In this document: positions 53,127 through 63,419 of the stretch, one piece after another
Layout of the letters: the number at the start of each line of letters is the position of its first letter
Position numbering within the stretch: the stretch's first letter is position 1
Source: Candidatus Cryptobacteroides sp.
GTDB lineage: Bacteria > Bacteroidota > Bacteroidia > Bacteroidales > UBA932
Reading direction: 5' to 3'
NCBI GenBank assembly: GCA_045117755.1
Contig: JBGUOB010000021.1
Coordinates: 510 to 64,509 of the forward strand
DNA length: 64,000 bases
Position numbers and translations under genes: made by a program
The notes under the pieces: model-generated
Database searches by the model: none
Seen by the model: the letters and a program-made list of their open reading frames with translations, nothing else
Told to the model about the DNA's origin: nothing

Positions 53127-54356
53127 TCAAGGGTCAAACATTCCGATTGCCTCTGCTACAACAAAATTGCTGCCACCGATGTACAGCAGGCATCCCGGGA
53201 TGTCGGCGGCGGCTTCCAGCGCCTGCCGGACACCCGCCTGCACATCGCCGCAGACGGTGCATCGGAAGCCCTCGAGGCGCGCGGCGAGCGCGTCGGCGGG
53301 CAGGGCCCGTTCCCCCTTGGGGGCCACGAGGAAATAGTGCGCGTCGCGGGGCATCAGCGGCCGGATCCCGTCGAGGTCCTTGTCGGCCATGATGCCGAAG
53401 ACGATGAGCAGCGGCCGGCCGCATTCGCGCAGCCGGCGGAAGTTGATCTCGAGCGCGGGCGGATTGTGCCCGATGTCACAGATGACCTCGGGCTGCTCGC
53501 GGAGGCGCTCCCAGCGGCCGCGCAGCCCGGTGCGGGCGGCCGTGGCGGCGATGGCCTGCCGGTCCGGCTCGACGCCCAGCAGTTCCAGGGCGGCGAGGGC
53601 GGTGCGCAGGTTGGCGGCCTGGCAGGGGCCGGTCAGGTCGGTGTCGAACAGCTCGACATCGAAATCTTCCGCGAAGAAAAGCGGACAGGGAACCACGCTG
53701 GCGCGGGCCTCGAAGACGGGCGCCGTCTCGTCGTCCCGCTGGCCGCAGAGCGCGGGGACGCCGGGCTTGAAGATGCCGGCCTTCTCGGCGGCGATGGCGC
53801 CGCGGGTCGCACCCAGCAGCGCGCAGTGGTCCAGGCCGATGCTGGTCACGACGGCGAGCTCGGGCGTGAGGATGTTGGTGCTGTCCAGGCGGCCGCCCAG
53901 GCCGACTTCGATCACGGCGATGTCCACCTGCTGGCGGGCGAACCACCAGAAGGCGAGCCCGGTCGTGATCTCGAAGAAGGACAGGTTTTCGAAATCGTTC
54001 TGCGTGAGGAAGTTGAATACCTCCTCACGGGGAATCATCGACCAGCCGCCGGGCTCCACGAGCTTGATCCGCTCGCGGAAATCCACCAGGTGCGGCGAGG
54101 TGTAGAGCCCGACGCGCAGGCCGCTCGCGGACAGGGCGGCCGCGAGCATCGAGCTCACGGATCCCTTGCCGTTGGTCCCGGCCACGTGGATGGAACGGAA
54201 TTGCTGCGAAGGATGTCCCAGGGCGGCGTCGAAACGCTGCATGCCGGCCAGTCCGGGCTTGTAGGAACCGGTGTTGAAACCGGTGTTCTGCACGCTCGGA
54301 TGCCGCTTGTACAGCTCCTCCAGGAGCCGGTCGTATAGGTCTGTTGTGTAGTTCAT
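53127..54356 (-). CDS. folC: folylpolyglutamate synthase/dihydrofolate synthase
   Basis: HVAGTNGKGS, YTSPHL...RERI, EVGLGGRLDSTN, EKAGI, DIGHN; start MNYTT at 54356; -7 element TAAATTTG at 54372-54379. Confidence 0.95.
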   Translation of the reverse strand: MNYTTDLYDRLLEELYKRHPSVQNTGFNTGSYKPGLAGMQRFDAALGHPSQQFRSIHVAGTNGKGSVSSMLAAALSASGLRVGLYTSPHLVDFRERIKLVEPGGWSMIPREEVFNFLTQNDFENLSFFEITTGLAFWWFARQQVDIAVIEVGLGGRLDSTNILTPELAVVTSIGLDHCALLGATRGAIAAEKAGIFKPGVPALCGQRDDETAPVFEARASVVPCPLFFAEDFDVELFDTDLTGPCQAANLRTALAALELLGVEPDRQAIAATAARTGLRGRWERLREQPEVICDIGHNPPALEINFRRLRECGRPLLIVFGIMADKDLDGIRPLMPRDAHYFLVAPKGERALPADALAARLEGFRCTVCGDVQAGVRQALEAAADIPGCLLYIGGSNFVVAEAIGMFDP

Positions 54357-54406
54357 AGTTGCAACTGATTCCAAATTTAGTTAAATTTACACGTTTTTAT
54401 TACGGC

Positions 54407-55534
54407 ATGGCAGAAAAAACGACAGCGTTGCACGCGAGCTACGTCATCGACGGAGTGCAGGAGGAATACACGCCTGCGCAGTTGCTGGATGCGGTGACGG
54501 AGCCGGAGGGGCGGCATTCCCAGACCGCTCCGGCGGAGGCGCGCGTGGTGGACGAGACCGTGGACCCGGTGTGCCGGGTGCCGGCGCTCGACCCCGACTG
54601 CATCGATGCCTACCTGGATGCCGTCTGCTCGACGCAGAAGCTGGTCCCGGCCACGGCGGCCGACGCCTATGCCCGCGTTCGCGTGGCCTCGGCGCTCATC
54701 GATACGCTGTGGCGCACCGGCCGTTTCCGCCTCGGCGACCTGCGGCTGGACGCCTCCTGGCGCTGGAACGAAGCGCCGGTCGGCGCGCGGGCGGCCTTCT
54801 ACGATTCCGTGCGGGCCGCGGCGGACTATGTCGATGCCCTGGGCGTGAAATTCAGCGGCTACCGCTACGCCCGGACGACGGGCGCCTCGGAGCTGACCCT
54901 GCGCACCCGCATCACCCGCGAAGCGGACGAAGAAGATTTCGGCTTCGTGAGCGAACCCTACCGTTCGGAACATCCCCAGCTCGGCGCGCGCCGGTCCTGT
55001 CCCGGCACGCTGGCCCCGGACCCCCAGAGCTGGGTGGTCTATATCCCCTTCGACACCTCCGACTACCGCCTGGGCGGCTCGCTTTTCGCGCAGGTCCTGG
55101 ACGTGGGCGGCGGCGCCAGCCCGCAGATCACGGACGCTGACTATTTCATGGACTGCCATGAGGTCGTGCGGGAGCTGGTCGAGGACGGGATCCTGCTGTC
55201 CGGGGCCACGGTGGGCGAAGGCGGCCTGCTGCGGACCGTGAAGCAGATGACGGAGAAGGCCGGGCTGTGCCTGGACCTGTCCGACGTGATGCGTGCCTAC
55301 CAGGAGCAGGACGTCCTGCGCATCCTCTTCGCGGAGGTGCCTGGCGCCGTGATCCAAATACACGATGCTGATTTTGACTATCTGGACGCGGAGCTGCTGC
55401 TCCAGGATGTCGCGTTCTTCCCGTTGGGCCATCCGGTCCCCGGGCAGCCGGGCATCCGGGTCAAGGCTTCGGCCAAGTCCGGAATACAGACGATTTTGGA
55501 ATCCCTGATGCAGAACGCGGAAGGGGAGGACTGA
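54407..55534 (+). CDS. degenerate stand-alone PurL-like (second PurM-repeat) protein
   Basis: Segments resemble the C-terminal synthetase half of large PurL (DASWRW, YRLGGSLFAQ, DADYF, GEGGL, ILFAEVPGAVIQ); no glutaminase or N-terminal domain. Confidence 0.65.
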   Translation: MAEKTTALHASYVIDGVQEEYTPAQLLDAVTEPEGRHSQTAPAEARVVDETVDPVCRVPALDPDCIDAYLDAVCSTQKLVPATAADAYARVRVASALIDTLWRTGRFRLGDLRLDASWRWNEAPVGARAAFYDSVRAAADYVDALGVKFSGYRYARTTGASELTLRTRITREADEEDFGFVSEPYRSEHPQLGARRSCPGTLAPDPQSWVVYIPFDTSDYRLGGSLFAQVLDVGGGASPQITDADYFMDCHEVVRELVEDGILLSGATVGEGGLLRTVKQMTEKAGLCLDLSDVMRAYQEQDVLRILFAEVPGAVIQIHDADFDYLDAELLLQDVAFFPLGHPVPGQPGIRVKASAKSGIQTILESLMQNAEGED

Positions 55535-55549
55535 ACCACATAGTTTTTT

Positions 55550-56890
55550 ATGGGAAAACCAAAGATTTTCGTGCTGGACACCAATGTGATCCTGCACGAC
55601 CACAAAGCCATCCGCAAATTCCAGGACAACCACCTCGTGATCCCGGTCGCCGTGATCGAAGAGGTGGATAAGTTCAAGAAAGGCAACGATGCGCTCTCTT
55701 ACAATGCGCGCGGTTTCATGCGCGATCTGGACCGGATTACCAACGGCAAGAGTTTCGGCGAGCACGGCCTGCCGATCGGCAAGGACCTCGGCTACATCAA
55801 GGTCGAACCCAACCATCCCTTCGAAGGGGAGTACGCGGACTTTTTCGCCGACGACATCCCGGACCACCGGATCCTCGCCACGGCAATGTGGGTGCGGGAC
55901 CATCATCCGGACACCTTCGTCGCGCTGGTGACCAAAGATATCAACCTGAGAATGAAGGCCAAGGCCATTGGCATGGCGGTCCAGGACTACTTGACCGACA
56001 AGGTGGCCGACGAGCAGATCGAGGAGGCGCAGCGCGAGGTGCAGATGCTTGACGTGGACAGCATCATCCTGCAGGAGCTGGCCTACGGACCGGAGACCGC
56101 CATCGAGTGGCAGCGCATCCTCAAGGTCCAGCCCAAGCCGAACCAGATGTTCAAGTTCCGCTGGGCCGGCGGCAACGACGAGCTGGTCTGCGCCCGCTTC
56201 GACGCTTCCCGCAACCGCATCGTGCTGGTCAAGAACCGCGAGGCCTACGGCATCCGGCCGCGCAACGAGGAGCAGAAGCTCGCCCTCGACGCCCTGCTGA
56301 ATCCCAAGGTGGAGCTGGTCTCCCTGACCGGCGGCGCCGGCACGGGCAAGACCCTGCTGGCCCTGGCGGCCGCCCTGGAGCAGGAGCGGGACTACGAGCA
56401 GATCTTCCTCTCCCGTCCGACCGTGATTCTGGGCAACCAGGACCTGGGCTTCCTGCCCGGCGACCAGAAGCAGAAGATGAGTCCCTTCCTGCAGCCGCTG
56501 ATGGACAACCTCAATGTCATCAAGAGCCAGTTCCGCCCGACCTCCAAGGAGGCGCAGCGCATCGAGGCCATGCTCACGCAGGAGAAACTGATCATCGAGC
56601 CGCTCGCCTATATCCGCGGACGGAGCCTCGGCCGCTGCTTCTTCATCATCGACGAAGCGCAGAACCTCACCCCGCACGAGATGAAGACCATCATCACGCG
56701 GGCCGGCGAGGGGACCAAGATGGTCTTCACCGGCGACATCTTCCAGATCGACCAGCCTTACCTGGACCAGTGGTCCAACGGCCTGACGCACCTGGGCGAA
56801 AAGATGTACGGCCAGCCGCTGTTCCAGCACGTATTCCTGCGCAAGGGAGAAAGAAGCGAACTTTCCGAATTGGCGGCAAAATTGCTATAA
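55550..56890 (+). CDS. PIN + PhoH ATPase (PhoH2 family)
   Basis: FVLDTNVILHD PIN domain, DHRIL, GGAGTGKT, YIRGRS, IIDEAQN, GDIFQID. Confidence 0.92.
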   Translation: MGKPKIFVLDTNVILHDHKAIRKFQDNHLVIPVAVIEEVDKFKKGNDALSYNARGFMRDLDRITNGKSFGEHGLPIGKDLGYIKVEPNHPFEGEYADFFADDIPDHRILATAMWVRDHHPDTFVALVTKDINLRMKAKAIGMAVQDYLTDKVADEQIEEAQREVQMLDVDSIILQELAYGPETAIEWQRILKVQPKPNQMFKFRWAGGNDELVCARFDASRNRIVLVKNREAYGIRPRNEEQKLALDALLNPKVELVSLTGGAGTGKTLLALAAALEQERDYEQIFLSRPTVILGNQDLGFLPGDQKQKMSPFLQPLMDNLNVIKSQFRPTSKEAQRIEAMLTQEKLIIEPLAYIRGRSLGRCFFIIDEAQNLTPHEMKTIITRAGEGTKMVFTGDIFQIDQPYLDQWSNGLTHLGEKMYGQPLFQHVFLRKGERSELSELAAKLL

Positions 56891-56951
56891 AACGAAAAAT
56901 TTTCGTAAATTCGCGCCTTGATTATAAAGAAGTAATACTAAACCATATTCT

Positions 56952-59678
56952 ATGTTCGAGATTAAGAAACGTGTCTATCGTTTCGGTGGCAAGACCGCCG
57001 AGGGCGATGGATCCATGCGTGAGCTCCTGGGTGGTAAGGGAGCCAACCTGGCCGAGATGAGCAAGCTCGGCATGCCGGTGCCTGCCGGCTTCACCATTAC
57101 GACTGAATGCTGCGCCGAGTACTATCAGCTCGGCGGCGGCTACACCGAAGACCTCAAGATGGAGGTCCGCGGTGCGCTCAATGCCACGGAAGCCCTCATG
57201 GGCAAGAAATTCGGCGATCCCAACGACCCGCTCCTCGTGAGCTGCCGCTCCGGCGCACGCAGCTCCATGCCGGGCATGATGGATACCATCCTCAACATCG
57301 GTCTGTGCTCCGCGACCATCCCGGGCATGATCAAGAAGACCGGCAACCCCCGCTTCGTGTATGACGCCTACCGCCGTCTCATCATGATGTACTCTGACGT
57401 CGTGATGGAGAAGGCCGAGGGCATCGAGCCTGCCGACGGGCAGGGCATCCGCCAGCAGCTGGACCGCATGATGGCCGAGCTGAAGGAGAAGAAGGGTTAC
57501 GCATCCGATACTGATATTACCGCCGACGAGCTGAAGGACCTCTGCGAGAAATTCAAGAAGAAGGTCAAGGAAGTGCTCGGCGTCGAATTCCCCGATACCG
57601 CCCAGGATCAGCTCTGGGGTTCCATCGGTGGCGTGTTCAAGTCCTGGAACGGCAAGCGCGCCATCGCGTACCGCCGCATCGAGAAGATTCCTGATGACTG
57701 GGGCACGGCCGTGAACGTCCAGTCCATGGTCTTCGGTAACATGGGCAATACCTCCGCCACCGGCGTTGCGTTCTCCCGCAACCCGGCCAACGGCGACAAC
57801 CGTTTCTACGGTGAGTGGCTGATCAACGCCCAGGGCGAGGACGTGGTCGCGGGTATCCGCACCCCGAACCCGCTCAACGAGGCCACGAAGAACGATCACA
57901 ACCGCAACCTCGAGTCCCTTGAGAAGGCGATGCCGAAGGTGTACGAAGAGCTCGACGGCATCCGCAAGCGTCTGGAGACCCACTTCCACGACATGCAGGA
58001 CATCGAGTTCACCATCCAGGAGGGTGTCCTCTGGATGCTGCAGTGCCGTATCGGCAAGCGTACCGGTCTGGCCGCCCTGCAGATGGCGATGGACATGCTC
58101 GACGAGGGCATGATCGACGAGAAGACCGCCGTGATGCGCGTCACCCCGTCCCAGCTGGACGAGGTGCTGCACCCGATCCTCAACCCGACCTCCGAGAAGG
58201 AGGCCAAGGTGGTGGCCAAGGGTCTGCCCGCTTCCCCGGGCGGAGCCGTGGGTACGCTCGTGTTCACGTCCGAGGCTGCCATGGAGGCTGCCGCCGCCGG
58301 CAAGAAGACCATCCTCGTCCGTGAGGAGACTTCTCCGGAGGACATCCAGGGCATGCGCGCTTCCGCCGGTATCCTCACCACCCGCGGTGGTATGACCTCC
58401 CACGCCGCCCTCGTGGCGCGCGGCTGGGGCAAGTGCTGCATCGTGGGTTGCGAATCCATGAAGATCAACCTCGAGGCGAAGACCCTGACCTTCGCCGGCG
58501 ACAAGAAAGTGTATAAGGAAGGCGACTGGGTGTCCCTCAACGGTTCCAAGGGCAACGTGTATGCCAAGAAGATCGAGATGATGGACGCCAGCGAGAACCC
58601 GACCTTCCTGAAGTTCATGTCCATCGTGGACAAGTACCGCCGTCTGGGTGTGCGTACCAACGCCGACACCCCGGAGGATGCCCAGAAGGCCCTCGACTTC
58701 GGCGCCGAAGGCATCGGCCTCTTCCGTATCGAGCACATGTTCTACGGCAAGAACTCCGAGACCCCGCTCGCCAAGCTGCGCAAGATGATCCTCTGCACCA
58801 CCGACCGTGAGCGCAAGGATGCCCTGGCCGAGCTCGAGCCGTTCATCAAGGCTTCCGTCAAGAGCACCCTCAAGGTGATGGACGGCAAGCCGGTGGTGTT
58901 CCGTCTGCTCGACCCGCCGCTCCACGAGTTCGTCCCGACCACCAAGGAGAAGACCGCCGAGGTGGCCAAGGAGCTGGGTATCAGCGCTGCTGAGGTGACC
59001 CGCCGTGGCGAGAGCCTGCACGAGGTCAACCCGATGATGGGTCTGCGCGGCGTGCGTCTGCACGTGGCCTACCCGCTCATCGCCGAGACGCAGTACCGCG
59101 CCATCTTCACGGCCGTGGCCGAACTGACCCGCGAGGGCTTCCACCCGCAGCCGGAGATCATGATCCCGGTCACGGTGTCCGCCCGCGAGCTGGGCTTCCA
59201 GCGCGCCATCTGCGAGCGCATCAAGGCTGAGGTCGAAGTGGCCAACGAGATGATCATCCCGTACAAGTTCGGTACGATGATCGAGATCCCGCGCGCTGCC
59301 CTGACCGGCGACCGCATGGCCCGTACCGCCGAGTTCTTCTCCTTCGGTACGAACGACCTGACCCAGATGACCTTCGGTTTCTCCCGCGACGATGTGGGTA
59401 CCTTCATGGGTAACTACCTCGGCCACAAGATCCTCGATAACGACCCGTTCCAGACCATCGACACCAAGGCTGTCGGCAAGCTGGTCGAGATCGGTATCCA
59501 GGGTGGTCGCGCCCGTCGTCCGGAGCTGAAGTGCGGCGTCTGCGGCGAGCACGGCGGCGACCCTGACTCCATCGCCTTCTTCAACAAGATCGGCGTGGAC
59601 TACGTCAGCTGCTCCCCGTTCCGTGTGCCGATCGCCCGCCTGGCTGCGGCTCAATCCGCCATCAAGCAGTCCGAGTAG
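56952..59678 (+). CDS. ppdK: pyruvate, phosphate dikinase
   Basis: GGKGANL, SMPGMMDT, GGMTSHAA (phospho-His), FSFGTNDL, CGEHGG. Confidence 0.98.
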   Translation: MFEIKKRVYRFGGKTAEGDGSMRELLGGKGANLAEMSKLGMPVPAGFTITTECCAEYYQLGGGYTEDLKMEVRGALNATEALMGKKFGDPNDPLLVSCRSGARSSMPGMMDTILNIGLCSATIPGMIKKTGNPRFVYDAYRRLIMMYSDVVMEKAEGIEPADGQGIRQQLDRMMAELKEKKGYASDTDITADELKDLCEKFKKKVKEVLGVEFPDTAQDQLWGSIGGVFKSWNGKRAIAYRRIEKIPDDWGTAVNVQSMVFGNMGNTSATGVAFSRNPANGDNRFYGEWLINAQGEDVVAGIRTPNPLNEATKNDHNRNLESLEKAMPKVYEELDGIRKRLETHFHDMQDIEFTIQEGVLWMLQCRIGKRTGLAALQMAMDMLDEGMIDEKTAVMRVTPSQLDEVLHPILNPTSEKEAKVVAKGLPASPGGAVGTLVFTSEAAMEAAAAGKKTILVREETSPEDIQGMRASAGILTTRGGMTSHAALVARGWGKCCIVGCESMKINLEAKTLTFAGDKKVYKEGDWVSLNGSKGNVYAKKIEMMDASENPTFLKFMSIVDKYRRLGVRTNADTPEDAQKALDFGAEGIGLFRIEHMFYGKNSETPLAKLRKMILCTTDRERKDALAELEPFIKASVKSTLKVMDGKPVVFRLLDPPLHEFVPTTKEKTAEVAKELGISAAEVTRRGESLHEVNPMMGLRGVRLHVAYPLIAETQYRAIFTAVAELTREGFHPQPEIMIPVTVSARELGFQRAICERIKAEVEVANEMIIPYKFGTMIEIPRAALTGDRMARTAEFFSFGTNDLTQMTFGFSRDDVGTFMGNYLGHKILDNDPFQTIDTKAVGKLVEIGIQGGRARRPELKCGVCGEHGGDPDSIAFFNKIGVDYVSCSPFRVPIARLAAAQSAIKQSE

Positions 59679-59695
59679 ACTCGGCCTCGTCCATG

Positions 59696-59734
59696 AAAAA
59701 AGGCCTGGAAGCAAATCGCTTCCAGGCCTTTTTT
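59696..59734. terminator. bidirectional intrinsic terminator ppdK / DUF389
   Basis: A-run, 12-bp stem AGGCCTGGAAGC/GCTTCCAGGCCT, T-run. Confidence 0.85.
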
Positions 59735-59736
59735 CT

Positions 59737-59766
59737 GTCATTCGCCGACTTGATCGGCGAATCTCC
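59737..59766 (+). repeat. REP-like palindrome (intergenic copy)
   Basis: GTCATTCGCCGACTTGATCGGCGAATCTCC; compensatory G-C to A-T change in the stem. Confidence 0.85.
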
Positions 59767-59768
59767 GG

Positions 59769-61106
59769 CTAATTGACAATGACGATGACGTTGTCGATGC
59801 CGAGGCGGACGCGGAGCCACTGCTCGATCCGTTCGCGCCCCTCCTCCTGCAGGGGCTGGACGCTGTGGATGATGGCGACGACGGCGGCGGAAGCCTGGCC
59901 GTCGGAAGCCTCCACGCGCTGGCCGCGGGTGAGCGTCACCTCGGTCACGCCGTCATACTGGGCGGCGATTTCCCGGGTGATCAGCTCGGAAGGCAGCTGC
60001 TGCGCCTTGTAGAATTCGATGGCCGTCGAGAGCGAATCCACCTGACCCTTCAGGCGGCGGATTTCCTCGTTGTGGCCGTCCATCAGGCCGCGGATGAGCT
60101 CGGACTCGGACATGATTTCATTCTGGTAGGCGGCATCCTCGTGGATGACGATCTGGGCCCGCGTGATGCCGACTTCCTCGGCGTTGAGGTAGAGCCGCTC
60201 CCGGGCGGAGGATTCCAGTTTCTCGCCGGCCAGGTACAGCTCGAGGGTGGAGGGCTTGCTCTCGATGTTGGTGTGATAGTCGTAGATGATGCTCTTGCCC
60301 AGGTTCTTGTTCTGCTCGACGAGCAGGCGGGCGCTGCGGGCGAAATTGTTGTCCCGGATCATCTCCATGGCCGAGAACACGCTCGGGACCAGGAGGAGGA
60401 TGAGGATCAGGGTGATCCAGCGTGCGCTGCGCCGGCTCTTGAGCTCATCTTCGCCCACGGGGGTGAAGTGCAGCAGGTAGCGGACCGAGACGAAGGTGGC
60501 CAGGGTGATGAAGACGGTGTTGATGATGAAGAGGTAGAAGGCGCCGACGATGAAGTGCCAGTCCAGGTGCGATAGGCCGTAGCCCACCGTACACAGCGGC
60601 GGCATGAGGGCGGTGGCGATGGCCACGCCCGGAATCACGGTGCCGCCCTTCTCCTTGCGGGAATTCTCCAGGATGCCGGCGAAGCCGCCGAACAGGGCGA
60701 TGAACACGTCGTAGAGCGTCGGGTTGGTGCGCGCCAGCAGCTCGGTCTGGTGCTCCAGCTCGAGCGGGGAGACCAGGTAGAAGAGGGTGGAGGCGAGGAT
60801 GCTGATCACCACCATGACGGCGAAATTCTTGAGCGCTTCCTTGACCAGCGCGGTGTCGTTGGTGCCCAGGCCCAGGCCGAATCCGAGGATCGGGCCCATC
60901 ACCGGGGAGATGAGCATGGCGCCGATGATTACCGGGATGGAATTGAGGTTGAGGCCCACCGACGCGATGATGATCGCGCACGCGAGAATATAGACGTTGG
61001 GACCGCGGAAATGGATGCCGTTGCGGATGTTGATCGCCGCTGCATCTACGTCCACGTGGTCCCGCATGTTGACCAGAATCCTGAGAAATCGAGAAAACTT
61101 GTTCAT
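59769..61106 (-). CDS. DUF389 membrane protein
   Basis: IIGAMLISPVMGP, ELLARTNPT, PGVAIATALMPPL. Confidence 0.9.
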   Translation of the reverse strand: MNKFSRFLRILVNMRDHVDVDAAAINIRNGIHFRGPNVYILACAIIIASVGLNLNSIPVIIGAMLISPVMGPILGFGLGLGTNDTALVKEALKNFAVMVVISILASTLFYLVSPLELEHQTELLARTNPTLYDVFIALFGGFAGILENSRKEKGGTVIPGVAIATALMPPLCTVGYGLSHLDWHFIVGAFYLFIINTVFITLATFVSVRYLLHFTPVGEDELKSRRSARWITLILILLLVPSVFSAMEMIRDNNFARSARLLVEQNKNLGKSIIYDYHTNIESKPSTLELYLAGEKLESSARERLYLNAEEVGITRAQIVIHEDAAYQNEIMSESELIRGLMDGHNEEIRRLKGQVDSLSTAIEFYKAQQLPSELITREIAAQYDGVTEVTLTRGQRVEASDGQASAAVVAIIHSVQPLQEEGRERIEQWLRVRLGIDNVIVIVN

Positions 61107-61125
61107 ACCGCTATTCTTTGTCGTA

Positions 61126-61154
61126 CAAATATAAGGATATAATTGTTATATTTG
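61126..61154. promoter_or_regulatory. divergent promoter pair
   Basis: TATATTTG on minus (61126-61133) and on plus (61147-61154), forming an inverted repeat. Confidence 0.7.
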
Positions 61155-61186
61155 TAGATGCTGAATAACCAAAACACACCCACGAT

Positions 61187-63418
61187 ATGGCAAAGAAACA
61201 GACGAACGGTTATCCCTGGAAATTCTGCTCCCTGGGTGGAGTAGTCCGGGTGAACATCACGTCGGGCGAGGACATCGCCCATCTGGGCGAGCTGGACCAG
61301 AAACTCTGGACGGTCCTGAGCTGCCCGACGAAAGATCTGGAATTCGAAGAGCAGACGCTGAAACTGATCGATGCCGACGGCGACGGCCGCGTCCGGGTGG
61401 ACGAAGTCGTCGCGGCCGCACAGTGGCTGACTTCCGTCGTGAAAGACAAGGATGCCATCCTGAAGGGCGACAGCGTGTTGAAGCTCGACGGCATCAACAC
61501 GGACTGCGAGGCCGGGCAGAAACTCCTCGGCTCCGCGCAGCACATCCTGAAGAACCTCGGCCTGGACAAGGACGAGATCAGCGTGGCGGATGCATCCGAC
61601 AGCGTGGCCATTTTCAAGGATACGAAATTCAACGGCGACGGCGTGATTACGCCGGTCTCCGCCGACGACGAGGCGCTGAAGGCGCTGATCGCCACCATCG
61701 CGGAGAAGGCCGGTTCCACCCCCGACCGCTGCGGCGAGGCCGGCATCACGGCCGAGCACGTCGAGGCGTTCTACGCCGCCCTGGCGGAGTATGCCGCCTG
61801 GCAGGACGCTGCCGAGGCCGGCAAGAAAGAGATTTTCCCGTATGGGGAGAACACTGCAGCCGCCCTGGCCGCCTGCGAAGCGCTGAAGGACAAGGTGGCC
61901 GACTACTTCATGCGCTGCAAGCTCATCCGTTTCGACGATGCCGTGACGGCCGCCGTGGACGTGTCCGTCGACCGGCTGGGTGCCATCAGCGACAAGAACC
62001 TCGCGACGCAGTCCGAGGAGATCTCGTCCTGTCCGCTGGCGCGGCCGACAAAGGACGCCGTCCTTCCGTTCGATGCCATCAATCCGGCCTGGCAGGCGCA
62101 GTTCGCTGCGGTCAAGGCCCTGGTGCTGGATGTCGATTTCCCGAAGGCGAAAGGCATCACCGAGGCCCAGTGGGCGGAGGTGCTCGCGAAGTTCGGTGCC
62201 TATCAGGCCTGGATGGCCGACAAGAAGGGCGCTTCCGTGGAGGCCCTCGGCCTGGAGGAGGTCAAGGCCCTGCTGAAGGCCGACCGCAAGGCGGAGCTGC
62301 TCGCGCTGCTCGAGCAGGACAAGGCCCTCGAGGCGGAGTCCCTGTCGATCGACGACGTGAAGAAGCTCATGCTCTACTATCGCGATTTCGCGAAGCTGCT
62401 TCGCAACTATGTCCTCTTCACGGACTTCTACGGCCGCGCGGACGGTACCCGCGGCATCTTCGAGGTCGGCAAGCTCTACATCGACGAGCGCTGCTGCGAC
62501 CTCTGTATCAAGATTACCGACATGGGTGCGCACGCCGACATGCCCAAGCTCAGCGGCATGTTCCTGCTCTACTGCAAGTGTACCTCCAAGACCAAGGGCG
62601 AGACGATGGACATCGTGGCCGTGATGACCGACGGCAAGACCGACGACCTCCGTCCCGGCAAGAACGGCCTGTTCTATGACCTGGACGGCGGCGACTGGGA
62701 TGCCGTGATCACCAAGGTGGTCGAGAACCCGATCAATCTGAAGGAGGCCTTCTGGAGCCCCTACCGCAAGGTGGCGCGCTTCGTTTCCGAAAAGATCGAC
62801 AAAGCGGCAGCCGAAAAGGATGCTGACGCGATGGCCAAGCTGACGGCCGTCGCGGACACCAAGCCGGGCGATGCGCCCAAGCAGCCGTTCGACATCGCCA
62901 AATACGCCGGCATCTTCGCGGCCGTCGGCATGGCCATCGGCGCCATCGGCGCTGCACTGGGCCTGATCGGCGAATCGCTCAGCAAGATGCCTTGGTGGAA
63001 GATCCTCGTCGTGATCGCCGCCGTGATGCTTCTCATCTCCGGCCCCGCCTGCTTCATCGCCTGGCGCAAGCTGCGCAAGCGCAACCTGGGCCCGGTGCTC
63101 AACGCCAACGGCTGGGCCATCAACTCCAAGGTCCTGGTCAACGTCCTCTTCGGTAAGAAGCTGACCAGCGTAGCCAAGTACCCGAAGCTCAAACTCAAGG
63201 ATCCGTATGCCAAGCGGACGCCCTGGTGGCGCAAGTGCCTGCGCTGGCTGCTCATCCTGGCGGTCGTCGCCTTCGGCGTCGCCTACTTTACCGACAACCT
63301 CGGGTGGATGGGCATCGAGCGCAAGGCGAAGACCGAGCAGGTCGAAGCCGCGCCGGCTGCAGAGGAAATTCCGGCCGCGGAAGAGGTAGTTCCGGAAGCA
63401 GCCGAAACCGCCGAATAG
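61187..63418 (+). CDS. uncharacterised EF-hand-containing membrane protein
   Basis: Canonical EF loop DADGDGRVRVDE, helical middle region, three C-terminal TM segments, AEP-rich tail. Confidence 0.75.
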   Translation: MAKKQTNGYPWKFCSLGGVVRVNITSGEDIAHLGELDQKLWTVLSCPTKDLEFEEQTLKLIDADGDGRVRVDEVVAAAQWLTSVVKDKDAILKGDSVLKLDGINTDCEAGQKLLGSAQHILKNLGLDKDEISVADASDSVAIFKDTKFNGDGVITPVSADDEALKALIATIAEKAGSTPDRCGEAGITAEHVEAFYAALAEYAAWQDAAEAGKKEIFPYGENTAAALAACEALKDKVADYFMRCKLIRFDDAVTAAVDVSVDRLGAISDKNLATQSEEISSCPLARPTKDAVLPFDAINPAWQAQFAAVKALVLDVDFPKAKGITEAQWAEVLAKFGAYQAWMADKKGASVEALGLEEVKALLKADRKAELLALLEQDKALEAESLSIDDVKKLMLYYRDFAKLLRNYVLFTDFYGRADGTRGIFEVGKLYIDERCCDLCIKITDMGAHADMPKLSGMFLLYCKCTSKTKGETMDIVAVMTDGKTDDLRPGKNGLFYDLDGGDWDAVITKVVENPINLKEAFWSPYRKVARFVSEKIDKAAAEKDADAMAKLTAVADTKPGDAPKQPFDIAKYAGIFAAVGMAIGAIGAALGLIGESLSKMPWWKILVVIAAVMLLISGPACFIAWRKLRKRNLGPVLNANGWAINSKVLVNVLFGKKLTSVAKYPKLKLKDPYAKRTPWWRKCLRWLLILAVVAFGVAYFTDNLGWMGIERKAKTEQVEAAPAAEEIPAAEEVVPEAAETAE

Positions 63419-63419
63419 C

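Noticed and set aside
55550-56890. PIN-PhoH protein as a toxin of a TA or defence system
   Set aside because: No adjacent antitoxin; this PIN-PhoH architecture is a common housekeeping-type gene.
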